64,000 nucleotides of DNA from positions 32,001-96,000 of the forward strand of contig CAXXTU010000001.1 in NCBI GenBank assembly GCA_963662655.2, given 5' to 3'. The notes beneath the pieces were generated by a model. The model made no database searches, was not told where the DNA came from, and saw only the letters and a list, made by a program, of their open reading frames with translations. The position numbers were made by a program, and so were the translations under genes. The DNA is from Candidatus Cloacimonadales bacterium. GTDB taxonomy: Bacteria; Cloacimonadota; Cloacimonadia; Cloacimonadales; JAIOQZ01. Shown in pieces: positions 7,182-16,905 of this stretch (within the stretch, counting starts at the first letter, position 1; every line of letters begins with the position of its first letter).

Positions 7182-8885
7182 ATGAAGAAACTACAGAAAT
7201 TCATGAATGTATATCAGATACATTTTATCAGCTCGCTGATAATTATTCTCCTGTTATCAGTAGGGATCGGTATTATCCTTTACCGAAACCTAAATCGCAT
7301 TTTCAAGGAACAAAACGATTATTTCGAGCAAAACGTTCAATACCAGAAGATCACCATCGAGAAACGCTTTGACAGCATGTCGCGAGATATGGAGCGCGAT
7401 ATGATCAAAGATCAAAGATTGAAGCTCAAGACAAATGTTATCCGCGAGATCAATCGCATCCAGCAAATCAGGATACAGATCGATCGACTGATGGAGATCG
7501 AACTCGATAATACCCTGAAAGCTCAATTGTACATTTTGGATTACCTGTATAATACGCACAAGGATCAAAACATAACCGACAATCTTGAAGCGCATGTTCT
7601 CGAGCATTTGGGATTTCAGCGGCCAACTGCCAGGTTCTTCTGCATTGTAAGAAAGGATTCCGAGCTGATTTTTTACCGTGATCAAAATTACACAAAAGAG
7701 ACCTTGCCCGATAAGATGAAAGCGCTGCTGAGCATCGATGCGCTCATCGATGAGGTCTCCGACAAGACATTTTCTTTCCACCGATTTCCTTCTCCGGGCT
7801 CCGTTTTGGACGACATGAAGATTTCACCTGCGGTGGCAAGCATTGCGAAACTTGACGGGCTTGACTGGGTGATTGTTTACGGTGTGACCAGAGGAACGGT
7901 ATTGGAAGATTTGCATCTCGGGACGAGGCAATACCTGGAAAGCTTCGGGCAGTCTTCAAGGTTTGCGGAATCCATCAGAATCTATGAATTACTCGACAAC
8001 GCGGGGGGCGATAAATTTGCCCGTATCGTAATGGCCCCCCAGAATCCTCATCTCAATGGAAGCTATGTTTCGACAAAAGAAATCGACGATCAGGGCTACC
8101 CGTATTACGGTGAGATGCTCAAGGAAGTAAACATCAATGGCGAGGCGTACATCCGGTATGTAATTGCAGACGAAACGGAAAAATCCCCATCCGAGGTACT
8201 GACATACTTCAAGATTCTTCCCGACCGAAGATGGATTGTTTCCAACAGTATCAACATCAGCGATATGTATCAGACACTTGCGAACGAAAAAAAGGGCATC
8301 CAGGAAGTCTTGTTCGAGGAAGACGAAGACTCACAGTTACTTTATGATGCCAAGACCATTTACTCGCTCATGAGAAGAGATTATATCAAGCTCATCGTCA
8401 TATTGCTCGGATACGCGTCCATCGGCATCCTGCTTTCGTTCCTGATATCGAGAAGAGTGCAGAGAACCTTTATCTCATACCGTAACGAAGCGGTTCGGCG
8501 AACTGAAAAGCTCACTCAGACGAACAAGAACCTGCAAAAAGAGTTTGTTCAGCGCGTCAAGGCCGAGCGAGAAAAAGCCGACCTCGAACGCAAGACATCC
8601 GCCCTCGCCATGGCCGTTACCGCAAGCCACGAGATCAACCAGCCTCTCATGATCCTGAAGGGAAACCTCGAACTCTTCATGATGAAGATCGATGTCGATT
8701 CTCTCGCCCCAGACCAGATCAAGAGGCTCAACAGGATCAGCGAATCACTCGAACGCATCCAGAAGATATTAGACAAGTTCCACGAAGCGGATGCGATACG
8801 ATTCGAGGATTACACAGACGGCACCCGCATGGTTGTCCTGGACAATATGAAATCGTCTTCAACCAACGGCTCTGCCGGTGTTTGA
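7182..8885 (+). CDS. Membrane sensor with large extracytoplasmic Cache-like region and HisKA (DHp) domain, lacking the HATPase domain
   Basis: Two TM segments flank about 370 aa. A Cache-like signature is present (DDQGYPYYGEML...GEAYIRY...RWIV). The H-box ASHEINQPL is followed by only about 80 aa, with no N/G1/F/G2 boxes. Confidence 0.8.
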   Translation: MKKLQKFMNVYQIHFISSLIIILLLSVGIGIILYRNLNRIFKEQNDYFEQNVQYQKITIEKRFDSMSRDMERDMIKDQRLKLKTNVIREINRIQQIRIQIDRLMEIELDNTLKAQLYILDYLYNTHKDQNITDNLEAHVLEHLGFQRPTARFFCIVRKDSELIFYRDQNYTKETLPDKMKALLSIDALIDEVSDKTFSFHRFPSPGSVLDDMKISPAVASIAKLDGLDWVIVYGVTRGTVLEDLHLGTRQYLESFGQSSRFAESIRIYELLDNAGGDKFARIVMAPQNPHLNGSYVSTKEIDDQGYPYYGEMLKEVNINGEAYIRYVIADETEKSPSEVLTYFKILPDRRWIVSNSINISDMYQTLANEKKGIQEVLFEEDEDSQLLYDAKTIYSLMRRDYIKLIVILLGYASIGILLSFLISRRVQRTFISYRNEAVRRTEKLTQTNKNLQKEFVQRVKAEREKADLERKTSALAMAVTASHEINQPLMILKGNLELFMMKIDVDSLAPDQIKRLNRISESLERIQKILDKFHEADAIRFEDYTDGTRMVVLDNMKSSSTNGSAGV

Positions 8886-8907
8886 TATCGGCGGCGACTG
8901 CAATGGA

Positions 8908-9495
8908 TCAAATGCCCAGGGATTGCTTGACTTCCTCGAGAATCCTTTTGTCAAGCCTCTCGTAACTATCCCCCTGCGTAGAAAGCGCTCTTTCAAGCAA
9001 ATCCCTGTCAAAGCCGTTCTCACGCAGATGGTTGACAAGGATATCAATCCTGTCTTCTCGTCGGCGAATGATCTCGGACACCAAACGCAACTCGAGAGCG
9101 ACGACCGGTATACCGACAGAACCGATCCGAATCATGCTGTAATGCCTCCACGGACCAGAACCGTATGTCTCCAATGTATCGCTTTCCGACTCGGCCTCGA
9201 CGGTACTGACCTCCAACTTTTCGCCTTGATAGGTGAAGGCGGCGTAGTACTGCATCGACCCCTGGATGAACTGCGGACACCCCGGCTCCAGGTTCTCCCG
9301 GAACTGATCGCACACGAAGTCTACATCTTCGCGTGTTCTGGCGAGCAGGTCAATATCTGCGGGGATGATCGGCACGTCTTGTATCTGGGCGGCGGCTGTC
9401 CCGATGAGCCTCAATTCCGGCTTGTGTTTGCAATCATCGAGTTGTGAGAAAAAATCTTGCAACATCGCTTCTGTGTTCTCTTTCGACAATGCCAT
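8908..9495 (-). CDS. Hypothetical protein, nucleotidyltransferase-superfamily-like
   Basis: The LIGTAA...PADIDLL (hG[ST]...DxD) motif is present. A GAGGA RBS before MALSKEN supports a start at 9495 rather than 9558. Confidence 0.6.
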   Translation of the reverse strand: MALSKENTEAMLQDFFSQLDDCKHKPELRLIGTAAAQIQDVPIIPADIDLLARTREDVDFVCDQFRENLEPGCPQFIQGSMQYYAAFTYQGEKLEVSTVEAESESDTLETYGSGPWRHYSMIRIGSVGIPVVALELRLVSEIIRRREDRIDILVNHLRENGFDRDLLERALSTQGDSYERLDKRILEEVKQSLGI

Positions 9496-9627
9496 GACGA
9501 TCCTCGATTCCATTATTCTTGGTGACAGCGCAATTCTCTCGATGTAAGCTTGAAGCAATATTCAATTGACAAAGGTTTGGACTCGGCGCATCCGTTGATT
9601 CGGTTATTATTTCTTGTATAAAAAAAA

Positions 9628-9703
<76 letters not shown>

Positions 9704-9765
9704 ACGCGACAAGAGGCAAGATTAATCCGGCATATTTTGTGTCAAGGGTTTTCGGAGATTTTTTT

Positions 9766-11694
9766 ATGATAATAAGGGGTTTCTTCATCTCTCTGATTTT
9801 GCTGGCGTGCTCTATGTGGGCGGCCAATATGCCCAATATTGTTATTTTTGAACCCGATCACCAACCCGGTTCGATACAGGTCGCGGCGATCGTCCAGAAC
9901 GAAATCCATCGTGCGTTGGCCGAGACCGGTAAGTTCCGAACCGTTGAGCGAAGAAACCTGCAGGCGATCATGGAAGAGCAGAAGCTCTCGATGGAGGATT
10001 TCACCGAGCAATCGAACATCTATCGGCTGGGACAACTTCTGGACGCGGAGTACATCCTCTTTTCATCCATCCACAGGCAGGAAGCGCAGATATTGATCTA
10101 CCTGAGCCTGACAGACGTCTTCACCGGTGAAACCCTGTATCCGGAATCGATCATCTCCAGCGTGGACATCCATTCCATCAAGCAGGGCATCGACAAGGCG
10201 ATCGGCAACATCGCCTCGAAGTTTCAACTGACCGGACAGATTGTCCGGATGGAAGGCGAGGATATCTTTATCGACCTCGGGATTCGAAATAACATCTCCG
10301 AGAACATGACATTCCAGGTCTATCGTAAAGGCGAACGAATATACGACCCGACAGCGTACCGCATCATCGGGTTCGATAGGAAGCGAATCGGCGAGATCAT
10401 CGTTCGAGAGGTGATCTCGGAGGAACTTGCCCGAGCAAAGCTCCTCAGCGGAGAGAACCTGGCTGTCGGGGACGAAATCGTGCCCGTTCCTCAAGAGAAG
10501 ATTCCCACTCGAGTCGATGTGGAGGATTCGATTGAGTCAGAACCGAAATCCTTTACGGAAGAAACCGTCCTTCAAGTGAGAGTGAAGCCTGCCGAGACGA
10601 GATTGTTTCTCGACACGAAGGAGCTGTCACACCTGTCCTCGGAGCATCCTTACCGGGTTCAGATCGACCCGGGCATTCACTTCATCAGGCTGGAGCGCAA
10701 GGGTTTCTACCCTCTTCGCAAGCAGATCGAGATTCGCGAAGGCGAGCAATTCAACCTTCAGGTTACCCTCCAGCCGGAGATCGGCGTTATCTACCTGAAC
10801 ACCGAGCCGACCGGTGTGGAGGTATACGTCGACGGGCAGTTCGAGGGAATATCGCCCATTCGCATCAATCGAACCAAGCCGGGGCGCTATCGCTTTGAAC
10901 TAAAGAAAACCGGATATTATCCCATCAAGAAGAAGCTGCGCTTCCGGTTGGGAGAAATGGACGATATCCTCATCAAACTCGAACCGGATCCCGAAAACGA
11001 AACGGGCATCCCGGCGGCAATGGTCTTGATTCCAGGAGGAAGCTTCACGATGGGATCGGACGATGAAGATGCGAAGCGAGACGAGCAACCGCGGCACAAT
11101 GTAGAAATCGACTCGTTTTATCTGGATAAATACGAAGTGATGGTCAAACAATTCCGGACGTTTTGCGAGGTGACAGGCTACACGATGCCGGAGCTGCCGG
11201 AGTGGGTTTCCGAGTACGACCCGATGATAAACGTTACGTGGCACGACGCGAATTCCTACGCGAAATGGGCCGGAAAACGCCTGCCGACCGAAGCGGAATG
11301 GGAGTATGTCGCCAGAGCGACAAATCCCGATGGGCCGTTCAATCCCGAGCTGGACGCAGACGACGTGCACAAGTATGCTAACATCCAGGGCCAAAACGGT
11401 GACGACCGATGGGAAAAGCTCTCCCCTGTCGGATCGTTCGAGCCGGACTCCATGGGCATCTACGATCTGGGCGGAAACGTGTTCGAATGGTGCGAAGATT
11501 GGTACGACCGCAACTACTACTCGTACAGCGTACGCAGCAATCCGACCGGCGCGAGCTACGGAAACCGCAAGGTTATCAGGGGAAGCTGCTGGGCGTTTGG
11601 TGAGAACAGCCTCAGCGTGTACGCGCGGAGCGTCGGAAATCCCCATTCGAGAAGCTCGATCATCGGTTTCAGATGCGCGAAAAACGTCAGGTAA
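9766..11694 (+). CDS. Secreted CsgG/FlgT-like + PEGA + FGE-sulfatase (SUMF1) domain protein
   Basis: Signal peptide, VERRNLQAIMEEQ (CsgG-like), IFIDLG (FlgT-C-like), PEGA repeats (TEPTGVEVYVDG), and FGE motifs RLPTEAEWEY, GNVFEWCEDWY, GFRC. A GGAG RBS precedes 9766. Confidence 0.85.
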   Translation: MIIRGFFISLILLACSMWAANMPNIVIFEPDHQPGSIQVAAIVQNEIHRALAETGKFRTVERRNLQAIMEEQKLSMEDFTEQSNIYRLGQLLDAEYILFSSIHRQEAQILIYLSLTDVFTGETLYPESIISSVDIHSIKQGIDKAIGNIASKFQLTGQIVRMEGEDIFIDLGIRNNISENMTFQVYRKGERIYDPTAYRIIGFDRKRIGEIIVREVISEELARAKLLSGENLAVGDEIVPVPQEKIPTRVDVEDSIESEPKSFTEETVLQVRVKPAETRLFLDTKELSHLSSEHPYRVQIDPGIHFIRLERKGFYPLRKQIEIREGEQFNLQVTLQPEIGVIYLNTEPTGVEVYVDGQFEGISPIRINRTKPGRYRFELKKTGYYPIKKKLRFRLGEMDDILIKLEPDPENETGIPAAMVLIPGGSFTMGSDDEDAKRDEQPRHNVEIDSFYLDKYEVMVKQFRTFCEVTGYTMPELPEWVSEYDPMINVTWHDANSYAKWAGKRLPTEAEWEYVARATNPDGPFNPELDADDVHKYANIQGQNGDDRWEKLSPVGSFEPDSMGIYDLGGNVFEWCEDWYDRNYYSYSVRSNPTGASYGNRKVIRGSCWAFGENSLSVYARSVGNPHSRSSIIGFRCAKNVR

Positions 11695-11726
11695 CAATGA
11701 GGTATGCGATGTTTGCGAAAATTCTT

Positions 11727-11755
11727 TTGACAAAACCGCCCTTGTTAAATATGTT
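11727..11755 (+). promoter_or_regulatory. Putative sigma70 promoter for the HDOD-cheY-cheZ unit
   Basis: TTGACA (11727-11732), 17-bp spacer, TATGTT (11750-11755). Confidence 0.5.
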
Positions 11756-11815
11756 TTCATTGTGATCAAATGGCTAATTCATCATTGATATAACGCGAAA
11801 GGAAAGCATAATTTT

Positions 11816-12697
11816 ATGGCTGGCGATATTGAATGGATAAAAGAAGAGCTTGAGAAGATTCAATCACTTCCAACATTACCCGTAATTGCTTCAAGGCTAC
11901 TGAATATGCTCGATTCGAGTAACGTTTCGATGGGTGAAGTCTCGAAAATAATCGTTGTGGACCCGGCGCTTACGAGCCGCATCCTCAAGATCGCCAATTC
12001 GCCTTACTACGGAATGCGCAATCGCATCGATACCATCAAGCTTGCACTGGTCATTCTTGGCATCAACGAGATCAAGAACGTCCTGCTCAGCATTTCCCTT
12101 TTCCGTACTTTTTCGGGCGAGCAGGATGAATACGCATTCGATTCCAAAACCTTCTGGATACACTCCATGGCTACGGCCCACTTTGCGAAGAAACTCGCGA
12201 AGGATTTCCGCCTGAAAAGCCATGGGGAGGATTTTACTGCCGGGTTGATCCACGATATCGGGAAAATCATCATCGCTCAGTATTTCGGCGAATTCATCCC
12301 GGACATCGAAAAAGCGATCCAGGAAAACAATATTCCCAATTACGAAGCGGAAGAAAAGGTGTTGGGGCTGGCTCACATGGATATCGGCGCATGGCTTGCC
12401 GAGAAGTGGAAACTCCCGCCGCATCTGATCCACACGATCCGCTATCACCACTACGCTCATCTGAGCGAAGATAACGAATTGCTCTGTACAGTCGTTGCGC
12501 TGGCTAATCTTACGGCGAATTTCCACCAGTTTGGGAACGACCCGATGGCCGATCTGGATTCGATCATGAATTTCAGAGGCTGGAAGCTGATAGAAGAGGC
12601 CGGTAGCGTCAATGAAGGATTCGATCGTCAGGAATACATCATGAGCCTGGCTGAAGAAGCGGATGCCATCAATGCATACGTGCAAGCGCTCCTTTAG
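11816..12697 (+). CDS. HDOD domain protein
   Basis: LPTLP, DPALTSRILKIANSPYYG, FWIHS, AGLIHDIGK, EKWKLP, HH motifs. Confidence 0.93.
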   Translation: MAGDIEWIKEELEKIQSLPTLPVIASRLLNMLDSSNVSMGEVSKIIVVDPALTSRILKIANSPYYGMRNRIDTIKLALVILGINEIKNVLLSISLFRTFSGEQDEYAFDSKTFWIHSMATAHFAKKLAKDFRLKSHGEDFTAGLIHDIGKIIIAQYFGEFIPDIEKAIQENNIPNYEAEEKVLGLAHMDIGAWLAEKWKLPPHLIHTIRYHHYAHLSEDNELLCTVVALANLTANFHQFGNDPMADLDSIMNFRGWKLIEEAGSVNEGFDRQEYIMSLAEEADAINAYVQALL

Positions 12698-12728
12698 CAA
12701 GGACACTATCATTTAAGATGGAGGATTT

Positions 12729-13106
12729 ATGTCCAATCTGAAATTTTTGATTGTAGATGACTCACCTACAATGAGAAGAATCGTTAACAACACGCTCAAA
12801 CGCTTGGGTTATCGCGACATCGAAGAAGCGGACAACGGATCGTCCGGCATGGATAAGCTTCGCAGCATTCCGGGAATCAATTTCATCGTTACGGACTGGA
12901 ATATGCCCGTGATGGACGGCCTCCAGTTCGTGCAGACAATCCGAAGCAGCCAGGAGTTCGCGAAACTGCCGATCCTCATGGTAACCACCCGAAGCGTTAA
13001 AGATGATATTATCGAAGCGATGAAAGCTGGAGTAAATAATTACATCGTCAAGCCTTTCACACCCGAGACGATGAAAAGTAAGATCGACGCAATTCTCAAT
13101 AAATAA
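12729..13106 (+). CDS. cheY: Chemotaxis response regulator CheY
   Basis: Stand-alone receiver with LKFLIVDD, TDWNMP, LPILMVT and GVNNYIVKPFT, the canonical CheY signature. Confidence 0.92.
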   Translation: MSNLKFLIVDDSPTMRRIVNNTLKRLGYRDIEEADNGSSGMDKLRSIPGINFIVTDWNMPVMDGLQFVQTIRSSQEFAKLPILMVTTRSVKDDIIEAMKAGVNNYIVKPFTPETMKSKIDAILNK

Positions 13107-13118
13107 CGGGAGCAAAGA

Positions 13119-14153
13119 ATGAGTAACGACGACATCCGTAATACGGGAATTGTGCCCGTTATCGAAAACCTCACGAATATGCTGAGAGAACTTACGGCTG
13201 ATTTGAGCCCTCTTCTGGACTGCCAGGCAGCTAACCAGCCAGCGGAACACATAAAAGAAAAAATGGCGAGCATGGACTCCAAAATGCAGCGCCTGCTTCA
13301 TTCCATCAACCATAGCTACGACCTCATCCAACTGGTGATCAAGTCGATCCACACCAGCCGCTCCGAACTCAAGAAGAGCGTTGACGGCCTGATCAAGAAA
13401 ACCGGTATGCAGCTCCAGAAGGTAACTTCCACGACGGAGGAAGCCACCAACAAGATTCTCGATGTCGCGGAGAAACTCGACGAAGACCAGATGTCGATTA
13501 TCGAGATCCTCGATTCGATCCAGGAAGACAACTGCACCGCGGAGAAATCAGCGGACCTCTTCGATGAGCTGAGACAGAAGATTTACCAGAACCAGGAGTC
13601 CGCCTTCACGATCATGGATTACCTGCAATTCCAGGATATCACCGCGCAACAGATAGCGGGAGCCTATTCGTTGCTGTCCGACACCGAAAAGACGCTTCTG
13701 TACGTCTCGGAGATGCTGAAACGCTTCGATGCGAACTTCGATATGTCCGAAGACATGACCGAGGCGGTCGACAAAAAAGCCTTCAACATGGATGCGACGT
13801 ACAAAGACAAGGCAACCATCCAATCGGCCATCGACAATCTCTTCGAATCTCGCGACGAGAACATCGATATCCCTGAGGAAGCGGCCCAGAATGCCAACGG
13901 CGACGTACATTATCAGGCAAGCGGCTCGGAAGCCCCGGCTGATGCTTTCTCCAGCGATGATATCGACGCATTGTTCGGCTCTCAGCCAGCGAACGATCAA
14001 AGCTCCCAGGATGACATAGATAAACTTTTTTCAAACACCGCCGACTCGGACGAAGAGAAAAAACCGGAAGAAAACGCTAACAAGAAAGAGAAAAACGGCG
14101 AAGAAAAAAGGGAAGAAACGAGCCAAGAAGAAATTGACAAGTTATTCGGATAA
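13119..14153 (+). CDS. cheZ: CheZ-family CheY-P phosphatase
   Basis: TEEATNKILD helix, catalytic QFQDITAQQI (DxxxQ), and an acidic tail ending SQEEIDKLFG. Adjacent to cheY. Confidence 0.85.
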   Translation: MSNDDIRNTGIVPVIENLTNMLRELTADLSPLLDCQAANQPAEHIKEKMASMDSKMQRLLHSINHSYDLIQLVIKSIHTSRSELKKSVDGLIKKTGMQLQKVTSTTEEATNKILDVAEKLDEDQMSIIEILDSIQEDNCTAEKSADLFDELRQKIYQNQESAFTIMDYLQFQDITAQQIAGAYSLLSDTEKTLLYVSEMLKRFDANFDMSEDMTEAVDKKAFNMDATYKDKATIQSAIDNLFESRDENIDIPEEAAQNANGDVHYQASGSEAPADAFSSDDIDALFGSQPANDQSSQDDIDKLFSNTADSDEEKKPEENANKKEKNGEEKREETSQEEIDKLFG

Positions 14154-14247
14154 TTGTTTCGTTGTCACTTGTCTGGACTAATAAAAGGTTGACAGATTTT
14201 TTATGTCGTTTTCAAAGTAGGATTGGAAAAATTATAGAGGATTGAAA

Positions 14248-14613
14248 ATGAGTAAATCTATACTTGTTGTCGATGATGAAGAAAACATCAGGGAAATCAT
14301 TTCAGAATTTCTTCAAACGTTGGGTTACAACGTTGTAGAAGTGTCCAACGGTGAAGAAGCGATTGTCGCATGCAGTAAGCATAAATTCGATTTGATCATC
14401 ACGGATATCCGCATGCCGAAAATGAACGGCCTCAAGCTTCTCAAGGCGATCAAGACCTACATGCCAGAGATGCCTGTGATCCTCATGACGGGGTATCAGC
14501 CATCCAAGGCTCAGGAAGAAAGCCTCACGACCAAAGCCGATGGATATCTCTTGAAACCATTCTCTCTAAACTCTCTGAGACAATCGATCCTGAAAATCTT
14601 TAAGACGCTGTAA
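14248..14613 (+). CDS. Single-domain response regulator
   Basis: ILVVDDE, TDIRMP, MTGY, KPF. Confidence 0.9.
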   Translation: MSKSILVVDDEENIREIISEFLQTLGYNVVEVSNGEEAIVACSKHKFDLIITDIRMPKMNGLKLLKAIKTYMPEMPVILMTGYQPSKAQEESLTTKADGYLLKPFSLNSLRQSILKIFKTL

Positions 14614-14625
14614 AATGACCGTAAG

Positions 14626-14892
14626 ATGCCCAGTAAGAAAGTTATCAAGAACTACAACATCATGGGAGATGAAAAAACCCCTGCCACTCCGGCCATGACC
14701 GGCAGTGCTCATAATATTATCAAAAACGCGTCGATCGCGAAAGAAAACCGCAAGATTCAATCCTCCGAAGATCAAGATAAAAAGTCCACCCCAAAACTCA
14801 ATGTAATAAAAGACGAACGAGGAATTATTACATCTCTTGAAATCACCTGTGCCTGTGGGGAAAAAATACATATTGCACTGGATTATGAATGA
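14626..14892 (+). CDS. Small hypothetical protein with C-terminal CxCG motif
   Basis: Packed between two response regulators (ATGA overlap with the next gene). The C-terminus reads LEITCACGEKIHIALDYE. Confidence 0.7.
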   Translation: MPSKKVIKNYNIMGDEKTPATPAMTGSAHNIIKNASIAKENRKIQSSEDQDKKSTPKLNVIKDERGIITSLEITCACGEKIHIALDYE

Positions 14893-15590
14893 ACGCCAAA
14901 CTCCTTGTAGTTGATGATGAGCTCCTGTTACGAGATGTATTGTTCGATTACCTGACCCGTCAGGGATATGACGTCCTGATGGCATCCAACGGCGAAAAAG
15001 CATTGGAAATTGCCCAAAACGAGCACATTCATCTCGCACTTGTCGATATTAAAATGCCTGGCATGAGCGGCCTGGATGTCACGGCCAAGCTCAAGGAAAT
15101 GAATCCGCAGATCATTGTCGTAATCATGACCGGCTATCCCAGCTTGAACACGGCGATCTCCGCTATCAAGCTCGGCGCGACCGAATACATCGTGAAGCCG
15201 TTCCGCCTGGACGAGCTGAACCGCATTATCGCGAAGAACCTGACATCGCTGGATACGGAATACGAAAACCTTAAGCTCAAGCAGCGCATCAAAGAGCTTG
15301 AAGACCAACTCGGCGCCCAAGTTCAGGACGGCGAGACCGATACCCAGGAAAGCCCGTTGAAGAAGCCTTCGGAGGATTTATCTGCGACCGCTCCCAGAGT
15401 GCGTGAACAAATGATTTCCGATTCCCCTGCGGCAGCCTCGCAGAAGTATCGCAATCAAACCAGTTCCGCAAAAAAGGAAAACGTGGAGAACCAATTGCAA
15501 CGTCTCAAACAGATGCTCGCAGACCATATCATCTCACGTGAGGAGTACGATAAGAAGAAGGATGAAATCCTGAAAGACCAATATGCCTGA
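14889..15590 (+). CDS. Response regulator: receiver + coiled coil + SHOCT-like C-terminus
   Basis: LLVVDDE, VDIKMP, KPF. The C-terminal LQRLKQMLADHIISREEYDKKKDEIL resembles SHOCT. Confidence 0.88.
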   Translation: MNAKLLVVDDELLLRDVLFDYLTRQGYDVLMASNGEKALEIAQNEHIHLALVDIKMPGMSGLDVTAKLKEMNPQIIVVIMTGYPSLNTAISAIKLGATEYIVKPFRLDELNRIIAKNLTSLDTEYENLKLKQRIKELEDQLGAQVQDGETDTQESPLKKPSEDLSATAPRVREQMISDSPAAASQKYRNQTSSAKKENVENQLQRLKQMLADHIISREEYDKKKDEILKDQYA

Positions 15591-16905
15591 TTCAAATAGC
15601 AGAAATCCCAGAAAGCACTCCCAGGAAGAAATCCAGGACCTCACCAGCGCTTTCCGGGATTTCAATATTATTATCGAACGTTTCCAGGAAACCTACCAGG
15701 GACTCCAGAACAAGATCGACTTCCTGAATCAGATCGTCGAAAAGAAGAACGCCGAGCTCGAAGCCCAGATACAGGAAGGCGACAACATCAAGAACCTGCT
15801 CAACGGAATCCTCGAACACATCTACACAGGCGTCGTGGTGATCAATACAACCGGCGAAATCATTGTTTTCAACAAGGCCGCGGAAGAAATCACCAGGTAC
15901 GACAAGGAAGAGGTTCTCGGGAAGAATTACCTGAAGCTCTTCGGAAACGCGCAGGTCAGAAACAAATCCCCACTCTACACGCTCGCGACAGGCAAAGAAT
16001 CTTTCCACCGACGCAAGATCATGCGCTCCAAGGACAAAAAGCCTATCGACGTCGAGTTCAGCTCGACGCTGGTCAAGAACATGAAGGACGAGATCATCGG
16101 CGTGGTGGAAACGTTCAACGACATCTCGGAAATCCGCAACCTCCAGCGTCGCGTAACGCAGGTCGAGACGCTGGCAGCGCTTGGAGAAATGGCGGCGAAC
16201 GTCGCGCACGAAATCCGCAATCCGCTGGGAGGAATCGGAGGATTCGCCGGTCTGCTCGACCGCAAGCTGGCCAAGGACGATCCCAACCGTAAGCTGATCA
16301 AGCCGATTGTCGAAGGCGTCTCCAGGCTCAACGTGATCGTCTCGGATCTTCTTTCGTTCACCAGACCGCAAAAGCTCAATCCGGTAAAGGTTTGCCTGCA
16401 AGACACGTTGCAGGAGATCATCGACTTTTTTCAGATCAGCCTGGGCAACATGGACAAGGACGTGGAGCTGAAAAAGCAGTTTCCCGAAAAGGAAATTCAG
16501 GTATATCTTGACAGCCAATTGTTCCAACAGATTGTTATTAATTTGTTGAAGAACGCTTACGACGCAATCGAGGACACCGGAACCATCGAGGTGAGAATTC
16601 GGCAGAATGTCCCCGAGAGCCTGAGCGAAATCCTCGATGAAGACGAGAAGGATGAGCTGCTCCGCATGTTCAGCTATCTAGAAATCGATATCATCGACGA
16701 CGGGGTGGGAATCCCCGAAGAAATGCTCCCGAAACTGTTCAATCCGTTCTTCACGACCAAAGACGATGGCAACGGCCTCGGGCTCGCCATCACACGCAAG
16801 ATCATTAACCTGCACAAGGGTGATATCAACGTGACCTCCGAACTGCACAAAGGAACCACGTTCACGATCAGCCTGCCGCTTTACGAAACATACCACGAGC
16901 TATGA
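15583..16905 (+). CDS. Cytoplasmic PAS sensor histidine kinase (FleS/FlgS/NtrB-like)
   Basis: PAS domain (FNKAAEEIT), H-box AHEIRNPL, N-box NLLKNA, DDGVG, FNPFFTTK, GNGLGL. No TM segment. Confidence 0.93.
   Translation: MPDSNSRNPRKHSQEEIQDLTSAFRDFNIIIERFQETYQGLQNKIDFLNQIVEKKNAELEAQIQEGDNIKNLLNGILEHIYTGVVVINTTGEIIVFNKAAEEITRYDKEEVLGKNYLKLFGNAQVRNKSPLYTLATGKESFHRRKIMRSKDKKPIDVEFSSTLVKNMKDEIIGVVETFNDISEIRNLQRRVTQVETLAALGEMAANVAHEIRNPLGGIGGFAGLLDRKLAKDDPNRKLIKPIVEGVSRLNVIVSDLLSFTRPQKLNPVKVCLQDTLQEIIDFFQISLGNMDKDVELKKQFPEKEIQVYLDSQLFQQIVINLLKNAYDAIEDTGTIEVRIRQNVPESLSEILDEDEKDELLRMFSYLEIDIIDDGVGIPEEMLPKLFNPFFTTKDDGNGLGLAITRKIINLHKGDINVTSELHKGTTFTISLPLYETYHEL

Noticed and set aside
11400..11694. 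Diversity-generating retroelement variable region in the FGE domain
   Set aside because: No template repeat or reverse transcriptase is seen in the window.
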